Assembly (NCBI GenBank): GCA_965113315.1
Contig: OZ220379.1
From: Podarcis vaucheri
Lineage: Eukaryota
Strand: one strand, 5' to 3'
Length of the DNA: 64,000 nucleotides
Part shown: positions 48,520 through 58,992 of the stretch, piece after piece
Layout of the letters: each line of letters starts with the position of its first letter
Position numbering within the stretch: the stretch's first letter is position 1
The notes under the pieces: model-generated
Told to the model about the DNA's origin: nothing
The model's input: only the letters and a program-made list of their open reading frames with translations
Database searches by the model: none
Translations under genes and position numbers: made by a program

Positions 48520-48745
48520 CAGTGGTACCTCTGGTTGCGAACGGGATCCGTTCGGGAGGCCCGTTCGCAACATGAAAACAGCGCAACCCGCAGCGGCGTG
48601 TCTGCGCACGCGCAGGTTGCAATTCTGCGCTTCTGCGCTTGCGCGAGCAGCGAATGCTGGAAGTAACCCTTTCCATACTTCAGGGTCGCCGCAGGACGTA
48701 ACCTGAAAGAACGTAACATGAAGCAAATGTAACAGGAGGTATGAT
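48520..48745. mobile_element. Tc1/mariner-type MITE (right TIR degraded)
   Basis: TA|CAGTGGTACCTCTGGTTGCGAACGGGATCCGTTC; related to 4302-4553. Confidence 0.65.
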
Positions 48746-48785
48746 TATGATGCTCACAGGTGCCACCAAAACATCTTATGCTGCC

Positions 48786-49220
48786 TATCATGGGAATTGG
48801 GGTTGCTTGTGTGTAAACCTCCAGCTGTTCCAACTGCTTAGGGGCAGTTGTGTCTTTCCCTGACTGAGCAGCCCTTTCGCGCGGCTGGCTCAGTCGCTAG
48901 CAGAATCCGTGAGTGGGCGTCTCCTAAATTTCCTCCAGCATAAGAATTCCTTAACGGACAACCTCCTCCTCGCCTCTCTGCGCAGAAGCCTTCTGCGCAG
49001 AGTGGGCGTGCCAAGCGGTGGTCCTCCACTCTCCTCACTGACTTCACTGGAAGAGTCTCGGAGCCTCCCCTCCGAAGTGCTCTCTGTCTCTCCCTTCTTC
49101 CTGGTGTCACCTGGACTTCTTTCCCCAGAGGGCGTTCTCTCTCTTCCCTTACTGGTTCCCTCTCCGGCAGAATCTGGGAGCCTAGCCTCTCCACTCTGCT
49201 CCGATGTCAGTTCCCTGACA
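48786..49220 (-). mobile_element. Solo LTR (Gypsy-like), ~435 bp
   Basis: Termini TATCA...TGACA (TGTCA/TGACA with one change); 5-bp TSD CTGCC at 48781-48785 and 49221-49225. Confidence 0.6.
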
Positions 49221-49416
49221 CTGCCTGCAAAGGGTCTCCAGAAATTTCCAGTTCTGTGTCATGCTCCCACTGGATTCATTTTGTGATATGCCACCTCCCA
49301 CTCCACTCCACCACATGACACCCATAGCACTTTTTTTTTTCCTTTTTCCAAAATTCCAAGTGTTGCCACTGGTCAAAAAAGCTTGCCAAACCCTGATGCA
49401 GTGCCAGATTTACGTA

Positions 49417-49675
49417 CAGTGGTACTTTGGGTTACAGACGCTTCAGGTTACAGACGCTACAGGTTACAGACACTTCAGGTTACAGACTCCGCTAACCCAG
49501 AAATAGTACAACGGGTTAAGAACTTTGCTTGAGGATGAGAACAGAAATTGCACGGCAGCAGTGCGGCGGCTGTGGGAAGCCCCATTAGCTAAAGTGGTGC
49601 TTCAAGGTTAAGAACAGTTTCAGGTTAAGAACAGACCTCCAGAACAAATTAAGTTCTTAATCCGAGGTACCACTG
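49417..49675. mobile_element. Tc1/mariner-type MITE (nested)
   Basis: TA|CAGTGGTACT ... GAGGTACCACTG|TA. Confidence 0.87.
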
Positions 49676-49771
49676 TATAAGCTAAAAAATATATAGCTTA
49701 GGGCCCCACTCTCTTGGAGCCCCCCAAAAAAATTAAAGGAAAAAAACAACTGGATGTATATTTCCAAAATA

Positions 49772-50012
49772 CAGTGGTACCTCGGTTTATGAACTTAATC
49801 CGTTCCGGACGTCCGTTCTTAAACCGAAACCGTTCTTAAACCGAGGTGCGGTTTCCCTAATGAGACCTCACACCGCCGGTGCCCTTCCACCGTTCGGCTT
49901 CCATTCTTAGACTGAGGTAAAATTTGCAAACCAGGACACTACTTCCAGTTTTGCAGAGTTTGTAAACCGAATCGTACGTAAACAGGGCTGTTCTTAAACC
50001 GAGGTACCACTG
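49772..50012. mobile_element. Tc1/mariner-type MITE (nested)
   Basis: TA|CAGTGGTACCTCGGTTTA ... TAAACCGAGGTACCACTG|TA. Confidence 0.88.
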
Positions 50013-50297
50013 TATAAGGTAAAAAAACAAATAAAACCTGTATACAGCAACAGTGTTTTATGTTGTGTAGGCTCCTATGATGTACGTCATGGGCCCTGCC
50101 TGCTAGCCTGCTCCCTAATATATCACTGGTTTGCTCATTTCTGTATATAGGGTGCCTACATTCTGCATGTGCAAATGACTTTAGATATCTATGAGGTCCA
50201 TAAATTATCATATAGCATATATTCAACACAAAAAACAGCAACAATTTGTTGTTGACAAAGGACAGCTGGACATACAAAGGACCCCATTACCTTCAGT

Positions 50298-50902
50298 AGA
50301 ATAGAATAGAATAGAATAGAATAGAATAGAATAGAATAGAATAGAATAGAATAGAATAGAATAGAATAGAATAGAATAGAATAGAATTTTCCCCAGACAC
50401 TCTGGGTGGCTTCCAACAGAGTATTAAAATACTCTGGTCTGTTAAACATTAAAAGCTTCCCTAAATAGGGCTGCCTTCAGATGTCTTCTAAAAGTCTGGC
50501 AATTCTTCTTCTCTTTGACATCTGGTGGGAGGGCATTCCACAGGGTGGGTGCCACTACCGAGAAGGCCCTCTGCCTGGTTCCCTGTAACTTGGCTTTTCG
50601 CAGTGAGGGAACCACCAAAAGGCGCTCAGCGCTGAACCTCAGTGTCCAGGCTGGATGATGGGGGTGGAGACGCTCCTTCAGGTATACTGGGCTGAGGCCA
50701 TTTAGGGCTTTAAAGGTCAGCACCAACACTTCGAATTGTGCTTGGAAATGTACTGGGAGCCAATGGAGGTCTTTCAGGACCGGTGTTATGTGGCCTTGGC
50801 AGCCGCTCCAAGACACCAGTCTAGCTGCCGCATTCTGGATTAGTTGTAGTTTCCAGGTCACCTTCAAAGGTAGCCCCACGTAGAGCGCATTGCAGTAGTC
50901 CA
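50298..50902 (-). mobile_element. L2 3' fragment with (ATTCT)18 tail (nested)
   Basis: ORF 50442-50879 QNAAARLV...LHWLPVHF...WNALPPDVK; (AGAAT)n at 50298-50387. Confidence 0.9.
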
Positions 50903-52089
50903 GTAGCTTAGGGCCTCATCAAACCTAAATCCAGCCCTGCCCTGATGCAACATATGGACCAGGCACTCGATATCAAAACTGGTTCAATTTGACCGGGCTC
51001 CATTTTTGCTATCTGCCACCACTATGCTACCTCCCTGGCCAACAATTTCTGCAGGGCCAAAGGTTCCCCATCGCTGGTATAACCCAGTTGGTCTTATTAT
51101 TCTTCCATTCTTTATCACCTTCTCCTCCTTCTTGGCTGAGAGCAAGAGTGAGCAACCGCCTTGTAAACTGTCCATCTTTATTTCCTCTCAGACATACTGA
51201 GGAATACTTGCTTTTTTTTTTTTTTGCCCTGGGGAAACTTGGACAACTTTGTTGTACAGAAATAGGATTCTAGGGCACAAGCATTTCTCCGAGCTCTCGA
51301 AAAATCTGCCTTTTGTTCTCTTGTGGCTTTTGGCATTTGTTACTGTTTCCAAAGCAGGATATGCATAACGCCGAACCAAACTTAGCTTCTTTTAACTTCT
51401 CGGAGGAGATAGTAACAGGAGGAAATGAGCTGGGGTAAACCTCTTGGGTCCTCTTGAATTATGCCATGCAAATGGAGGATTGCATGTGGGTGTCGATCCT
51501 GCAAATTCCACCCACCTCCCCGCCAAAATGCAGTTTATGGGTTTGCAAAGCTTCATTCTACATTCATCTAAGGGCAGGTTCCCAAGCAGAATAGTGCATA
51601 GTTGTGGATTCTCACAAATGTTTACTTCCCCAAAAGCAAAAACTTCCATTACAAAGATTGACTTATTCACCGGACTAACTTCTGATGGCTGGGGGGAAAA
51701 ACCACTCATAGGAAAGATTACCTGTTGTGCAAAAATTCTCCTCTGGAGTACTTGCAGTTTTTTAAAGAAAATAACAACCCCTTTAAACAACACAACATCA
51801 ATCTTCTTGAAAATAGAGATATGCTCACTGAAACAGACTGCTGTCCATTAATAAATTGTATGTAAATTTAGTAGAAGACACTCCAGACAATTTTTAACGC
51901 TCTTATTTAGCAGATCATTAGAATAATTTGGCGACTTCACAGCTCAATATTCTTGTGCTTACACAGAATTAAGTCCCACTGTGTTCAGTGGGGTTTATTC
52001 ATTAGTAAGCATGTTCACGAGTCCAGCCTTTGTCTTCGATCCTATATCCACTTATCTGGACGTAAGTTCCACTGCATACAGTAGGACTT

Positions 52090-52437
52090 AAGGTAAAGGG
52101 ACCCCGACCGTTAGGTCCAGTCACGGACGACTCTGGGGTTGCGGTGCTCATCTCACTTTACCGGCTGAGGGAGCCGGCGTGCAGTTTCCGGGTCATGTGG
52201 CCAGCATGACTAGGCCGCTTCTGGCGAACCAGAGCAGCACACGGAAACACCGTTTACCTTCCCGGCGAACGGTACCTATTTATCTACTTGCACTTTGACG
52301 TGCTTTTGAACTGCTAGGTTGGCAGGAGCAGGGACCGAGCAACAGGAGCTCACCCCGTTGCGGGGATTCAAACCGCCAACCTTCTGATCGGCAAATCTTA
52401 GGCTCTGTGGTTTAAACCACAGTGCCACCCGTGTCCC
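52090..52437 (-). mobile_element. Sauria SINE inserted into a short palindromic element
   Basis: Full body; TSD TACAGTAGGACTTA at 52077-52090 and 52449-52462. Confidence 0.9.
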
Positions 52438-53140
52438 AAGCATCTGGGTACAGTAGGACTTACTTTGGTGTAAATGTGCATGGGATTGCACTTTTAATGT
52501 GTATTTAACCTCCCAGTGTCATTGTAGCATCAGAGAATACTATTGACCTAAGAGGAAAAATGGAATTGATCTTCTGAATCACCTCCATCACTAAGGGAGG
52601 AAGATGTGTGTGGTGGGTGCGGTGTGCTTTGGGTGTCATCCCTGGGGGGGTGAGATCACCTCCCCCAGGTGCACAGCATGTGTGCCACTCCAGGTGCCAG
52701 AGCAGCTAGCGCTGCCTCTGACCTCCATGTCCCCAAAACATCATGTTGGAGCAGTTTATAGACACATCTGTTTGGGATAAATATATCTGAGATTTGCTGC
52801 TCTGCCCAGCCTACAATTCAGGTGAATTGCTGCCCACCCACCCACCCCAAAGCAGACATAAATATCCAGAGAAAATAAAACCAACCCTCGCCAAATTAAC
52901 AGCTTAATTATACTCACCCAAAGCCAACCAGTGCTGCGTAGAAACATCTGACAGCTCTTTGCTTATCACATGTGAGCTCAGTTCTCAGCTGGAAATGTAG
53001 CCAGGGAAGAAACTGAGAGGAGGGGAAATGGGATGGGAAATCTGTGAAAAGAGCATGACTGGCTGACTGGAACAATGAACAAGACCCTCCATGCTGCAAC
53101 ATTTTGTTGCAGCTCTTTGTCTCCTTTGCTAATCTCTTGA

Positions 53141-53335
53141 GCGTGGGTAGGCAAACTAAGGACCGGGGACCAGTCGCCTTCTAAATCTGGCCCATGGACG
53201 GTCCGGGAATCAGTGTGCTTTTACATGAGTAGAATGTGTCCTTTTATTTGAAATGCATCTCTGGGTAATTTGTGGGGCATAGGAATTCGTTCATTTTTTT
53301 TTCTTTTCCAAAATATAGTCCGGCCCCCCACAAGG
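53141..53335. mobile_element. hAT-like MITE fragment
   Basis: GGGTAGGCAAACTAAGG...CGGTCCGGGAATCAG...ATAGTCCGGCCCCCCACAAGG. Confidence 0.5.
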
Positions 53336-53739
53336 GCATCTTTGCTACATTGCTTTTGAAACAGCATGAATGCTGATCTTACTTCTAAGGTGATCTTTCA
53401 TTAAGCAGCGCGTCAAACCACCCTCCCCTCCCTTAAAAAATCAATCTCACACCCCCCACCCACTTTTCCCTCTCAGGTAGCTGAAAAGCTAAGAACTGCT
53501 AAGTATGGTGCCAGCTTTGCTTCTTAGTGAACCTGACCATCAATGAGAGCCCTGGGGGATTCCAGATCAGGTTCTGGAGACTCGAATGACCCCTGAGAAC
53601 CCAGAAGGTAGCCATTATAAACAGATAAATCAAGAAAACAAAAGGATTTCCCCCCCCCCTCTACCCCACCCTAAAAGCCTTTTATGGGGGCCTGAAAGTT
53701 TGAATAGTATCTCTGGGAGTAATTAGAAGAGGAGGTGGA

Positions 53740-54198
53740 CTGGCACATTTTCACATACCACACATAGGCGGAGGGGCTTGTTATTCTCTTAATTCTTCCT
53801 ATTAGAGGATGTCCCTATTGTTTCTGACAGCGCTGGCCGTGACCTGCTGGGGGTTCTCAAAGTGCAGTCCTCTTTCCCGCTCCCCAGAGCTGCAGATAAG
53901 TGTTTAGATGTAGGAGATGGATGGAGCTCGCAGAGAGCCTCTCGAATCCTGCTGATGCATAATGCCTTTAAGATCCTGCCTTTCCCCATCCTAATCTACA
54001 GAGGAAACAGGAAAAAGGAACTTAAAACTCCCTTTGCTAGCTCAGACAGCCACAGAGTTTTGTTCTAGCCCACTCTCGGTCTTGCAGTTAACTTGTTGCT
54101 TCCTGGGCCGGCGAGCATCACTCTGACGATGCAAGCAAAGAGCAACGACTAAGGGGTCTTTTACCACTGAAAGGGGCATCTGTTATTCCGTGAACTGG
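53740..54198 (+). promoter_or_regulatory. TEK: TEK promoter / 5'UTR with GATA site (CAGATAAG 53893-53900) and triple ETS / FOX:ETS cluster (AGGAAACAGGAAAAAGGAA 54002-54020)
   Basis: Blocks such as GGGCTTGTTATTC, CCCTATTGTTTCTGA, AATGCCTTTAAGAT and CCCATCCTAATCTAC.GAGGAAACAGGAAAAAGGAACTTAAAACTCCCT match my recollection of the mammalian Tie2 promoter/exon 1. Confidence 0.85.
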
Positions 54199-54271
54199 AT
54201 GGATATACTTGGCAAAGCAGGGACTGTTTTGCCACTTCTGGTTTTCTGCGGGTTCAGCTTCATGCTTTCAG
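54199..54271 (+). CDS. TEK: TEK (Tie2 receptor tyrosine kinase) first coding exon, signal peptide; gene continues beyond the window
   Basis: MDILGKAGTVLPLLVFCGFSFMLS(G)|gtaaga resembles mammalian ...LVLCGVSLLLSG with the same phase-1 intron; upstream 5'UTR strongly resembles Tie2; synteny with IFT74/LRRC19. Confidence 0.88.
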
Positions 54272-56777
54272 GTAAGACTCCTTCATTTACTCGGGAGGGT
54301 CTGTCAGAGGATGTCAGTGAACTTCTGTAACACACCAAGGAAAAGTCAGATTGCAAAGTCCTTTTCCCTTGTCTCGTTTGATCCTGGAATCTTCTGTTCA
54401 TTTTGTTCCAGAGAAGTCACCCGGCGATGCAGCTTGTTATGACGGACTCCTGCCTGTCACATTATTATTTTTTGAGAATTTGTTGCTGGGAGGGTGCAGG
54501 CAGATAACTTTGCAGGTGTTTGCTTGAGTCCAATATACATTTTAGATTGGTGTAATAAATCTTTTTGATAATGATGATATTGATGGTCATAATGCGACTG
54601 TTCCTAACTCGGTTCAGAAGTAGCACATCAACCGTCTGAGAATTTGCTGAGAAAAGGACTCCCAATTTTGTTCCCTGGGGCGCTTTGCAAATAAAATTGA
54701 CACACCTACAATATCAGGGTGTGTTTTTACTTTTGAAATCTCTCATTACATCTCTTTCACTTTGCGAATCTAGGCACTAATGGGGTGAAACATTGTTGTG
54801 ATAGATGCATTTAATGTGAGTGCTTACATTACAAACGGATTTAAATCACTGCTTAATGGCAGAGTTAGCATCCATTGTTTATATAGATTTGTGAGAACTG
54901 TAAAGTGTGGCATTTATTATAATTAGTGCTTGGCAATTAAACGCAAGCTTTTAATGCCTGGAGATGTTTTGTTACTTCAGTCAAAGATAGTGATACTTAA
55001 AATGAGAAAGTGTAGCTTGTTCCTTTTCCTTTTACCTTTTCTCTGTTTATCACAAGTATTGCTCACTTCCTTTATCTCCAGGCAGTCTTTCTACACTGCA
55101 ACATTAAGGCTGCAATCCTAAACAAACTTGAGATGGGACCAATTTTATACTCACTCAGGAGTAAGTCCCATTGAATTTGGCTTTTTAAAGGAGCTGTTTA
55201 TAGGGATGCACTATAAGAAAAACTTTGTGAAGCAAGGCAGGTGGAATAAGAAAAGTAGAGCGAAACTTGTGATAACTAGCATGTTGACTCAGGTGGTCTG
55301 GGTTCAAATCCTCCATAGCCATGGATTCACTGAATGAGTTTATCCAAAACGTTTTTACTTACCTCACTGGTTCATCTGTACAATAGGAATAAGAGGAGCC
55401 CATTGTACAGTATGCTTGTGAGGGGAAATAAGAAGGGGAGGGAGCAGTTTTTTTTCACACGCCATCACTTATTGCTAACCATTTACTCTGGAGGGTTGAT
55501 GCCAAAATCATTGCCGTGTTTATGATATTTCTATTATGATCTAGTCCCCTCTGTTAAAAAGAATACTTGTGCGTTGGTTCAGGAAATTTGAAAACTAGGT
55601 TGTAAAACATGCTATAAATAACAAAAAAGGAGTCTAGAGTTCACCTCCAAAAACTTTCTATTCAGTTCTTCTGGGAGCAACAAAATCTGTATCTGATGAA
55701 CTACTAGAACAGCCCTTCTCTAACTTGGCACCCTCTAGATTTTGTTGGACTCCAGTGGTCAGGAATGGTGGAATTTGTCACCTGGCACCAGGTGGGCAAG
55801 GGCTTTAGAGTATTAGAACATTATCCCCACATTAGCTTCATTAAGCGTCAAGCACTTGAAGAGAAAACACGGCAGAAAAGTCCGTAACAAATGCTAACCT
55901 TCATACCTGTCTGAATACACAGTGGTTCCACAAGTATGGTCTTTGTGTAAATATTTGTACAATGGGTACAATCCAAGAGAAAATGAGATGAATTTCAGCC
56001 TGTTAAAAATCAACAGGTTTAAATACGCTCGGCTCTTAGCTTGCAGCTTGCTTGGTGATTCACAAATGAGTTAGGAGACCCGGCATCTAGTGAGGCCTCA
56101 AATTTATTCAGGCTAAAATGTTGCTATTGAACAGACGAGAAAGCAGAGATCGTAGGATGCTTTGTGTCGTGTTAGGTTGTATGTTAAAACATTATAGAAG
56201 GCCAGCTGCCAGCATACAGAAAGCCCATATGTCTGAACAGAAGTCAGTTTTGGAGAAAGGAAATGCACTTTTTGAGACTCCATGTGGGGTATTGGACAAA
56301 TGGTAAACTTCCACCACGGAGAGCTGGGTTTGAATCCTGATCAGCACCCATGAGGTTCATTGTGTGACCTTGGCCAATCTCTGTGTCTTTCTCTCAGCCT
56401 AAGGTACTATCCAGGGGTAGTGTGGTGATAAAAGCAGGGGGGAGGACACACCCCATTTTCCCCACTCGGTCCTCTTTGGAATAAATGGAGCTTTATTTAG
56501 TTTTTTTAAGTGAACTTAGCACACCTGCAGCTCCTTATATAAAGCAACAACAGCTACTGTACCCCTTCTGCTCCCCCGGTGAGAATCTTTTCTCTTGTAC
56601 GATGAGCAGCTGCCCTGAAGATACTTATTTTGGTAATTGTCCCATTGGCTCTATCCTTGAAACCTCAACATTTAGCCCTTAAAATTACATAGGCATAGGT
56701 GGGAATGGGAGAGGAATGAAGGCAAGGAGAAGCCCTAGCGCTGAAAACCCGCCAATCCACACGGCTCAGCTGCTTTA

Positions 56778-56900
56778 GGTGTGTTATGTAGCCACACCCA
56801 TCTCAATAGATCTGTCAGCTTTCCCGCTTTTGTTCAAGTGTGATATCATGTTTCCTGGGGCGAGCCGTGGAAGACAATGCAAATACGCCTTCCTTTAGAT
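56778..56900 (+). promoter_or_regulatory. TEK: Putative orthologue of the Tie2 intron-1 endothelial core enhancer
   Basis: CACACCCATCTCA..AGATCTGTCAGCTTTCCCGCTTTTGTT...TGATATCATG.TTCCTGGGG...TGGAAGACAATG matches the recalled mouse core enhancer; CACCC, ETS (TTCCTGG), SOX (ACAATG) and octamer motifs present. Confidence 0.75.
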
Positions 56901-57314
56901 ACAACAGGCGGAGTCCAGGAAAACAGTATTGACATTCCCCCTGAGCAGGAGAGGCAGGAGAGTCAATGGCAGAGCTTTTAAAACTCGCTTAACCTTGCCC
57001 CCAAGTGGTGGTGGGGAAGGAAAGAAGGGAGGAGGTCTGTTGCGGGTGTTGCCACTGCCCAGAAGGCGAAAATCAACTCCACCCTTGTTCCAAGGTGGGG
57101 ACAAGGCCTCCGAGCACGGCTGCCAAAGAAATTGCTTTCCCTCCCTTTCCTTGTGTAACCCCATAGATCTGCCAAAAAAACTGCTGCTGTAGGCAATAAA
57201 GGAAGGAATGTATTCCCCATTCCGACATAGGTGTAACTCCGATAAACAAAAATGCCCTTAAATGCCGAGTCAAGCCATTATGTGAAAGCAACAGAATGCA
57301 AAATCTACCAGCAT

Positions 57315-57668
57315 AGGTAAAGGGTAAAGGGACCCCTGACCATTAGGTCCAGTCGTGACCGACTCTGGGGTTGCGGCGCTCATCTCGCTTTATTGGCTGA
57401 GGGAGCCGGCGTACAGCTTCCGGGTCATGTGGCCAGCGTGACTAAGCCGCTTCTGGCAAACCAGAGCAGCGCACGGAAACGCCATTTACCTTCCCACCGG
57501 AGCAGTACCTATTTATCTCCTTGCACTTTGAGGTGCTGTCGAACTGCTAGGTTGGCAGGAGCTGGGACCGAGCAACGGGAGCTCACCCCGTCATGGGGAT
57601 TCGAACCGCCGACCTTGTGATCGGCAAGTCCTAGGCTCTGTGGTTTAACCCACAGCGCCACCCGCGTC
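57315..57668 (-). mobile_element. Sauria SINE
   Basis: Near-consensus full-length copy in TEK intron 1. Confidence 0.92.
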
Positions 57669-57904
57669 GTGGTTTAAACTCCGTATGCCACGACATGTAG
57701 CAATATTATTATTACTAGGATTTATTATCTGCCTTTCACCATAAATCTGCGTTTGAAATTAGCCAGGCGCCAGGTGCATTTTGCACCTGGTGCTTGACCA
57801 CCTGCAACCAAGTGAAGATACCTGGGTGCCAGGATAGTGCCTGATGTCTCCACCATCTGGAGTCGCATGCCTGGGGATCCTAGGATCTGGACTATTTCCA
57901 CATA

Positions 57905-58144
57905 CAGTCAATTCTCAGTTGCCGAACGTAATCCGTTCTGGAAGACCGTTTGGCTTCTGAAATGTTCGGCAATGGAGGCGCGGCTTCCAATTGGTTGCAG
58001 GAGCTTCCTGCACTCAAGCGGAAGCTGCGTCAGACATTCGGCTTCCAAAAACGTTCGAAAACCGGAGCATTTACTTCCAGGTTTTCTGCGTTCAGGAGCC
58101 GAAACGTACCAAAACAGAGGGGTTTGGCAACCAAGGTTTGACTG
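57905..58144. mobile_element. Tc1/mariner-type MITE
   Basis: TA|CAGTCAA...TTGACTG|TA; family of 8127 and 16179. Confidence 0.75.
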
Positions 58145-58227
58145 TACCAGCAACACATCCTGCCAAATTCTATCCATTATATTTTATTGGCACAATCCAA
58201 ATGAATTTTACGAGCCAAAAAGTCATA

Positions 58228-58455
58228 CAGTGGTACCTCGGGTTACATACGCTTCAGGTTACAGACTCCGCTAACCCAGAAATATTACCTCGGGTTAAGA
58301 ACTTTGCTTCAGGATGAGAACAGAAATCGTGCTCCGGCGGCGCAGCGGCAGCAGGAGGCCCCATTAGCTAAAGTAGTACCTCAGGTTAAGAACAGTTTCA
58401 GGTTAAGAATGGACCTCCGGAGCGAATTAAGGACTTAACCTGAGGTATACCACAG
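58228..58455. mobile_element. Tc1/mariner-type MITE
   Basis: CAGTGGTACCTCGGGTTA family. Confidence 0.85.
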
Positions 58456-58992
58456 TATTGAGAAAACAACTTTCGAGCCGTCCGGCCTCAAAATGGCAAC
58501 GAGGCATTCCATTTTGGCAACCCTAAGCCTAGTTTAAGGAGCCATTTGGCACCTAGCTTATATATCTGAGTTTCTAACCCTGCCATAAAGTCCCATGAGG
58601 TTCCAGGGAAGGTTTCAACAATATAAATATACATTTTAAAATCAGTTTTAAAATGTACACACACACAAATAACAATCAGAAGAAGAGACCATGGCTTAAA
58701 AATACCTTTCTTGGGTGTCCCAGGCTAAGTGAAAGAGGTGGGTATTCAGCATATGACAAAAACTATGCAATGAGATTACCAGGCACAGCTCTGTGAAAAA
58801 AGAAATTCCACAGATTAGGGGCTGCCTCAGAGACCGCCTTCTGCCAGCCTCAACCCCCTCTCACATTTCAACAACATTTGCTTCCTATATTTGATAGTGG
58901 TGGGAGAATTAGGAAGGCAAGGAACCAGTAGTTGTCACTAAGCAAACACAGTTACACTTTAGCCATCTTCATAAATGAATTATGTGAAGGCA

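Larger units (their letters stand above)
49399..50939. mobile_element. hAT-type non-autonomous element hosting three younger insertions
   Basis: TIR CAGTGCCAGATTTA / TAAATCCAGCCCTG; 8-bp TSD CCCTGATG at 49391-49398 and 50940-50947. Confidence 0.8.

Noticed and set aside
51392-51851. Overlapping 133/135-aa ORFs upstream of TEK
   Set aside because: No ATG-led recognisable protein or splice context.
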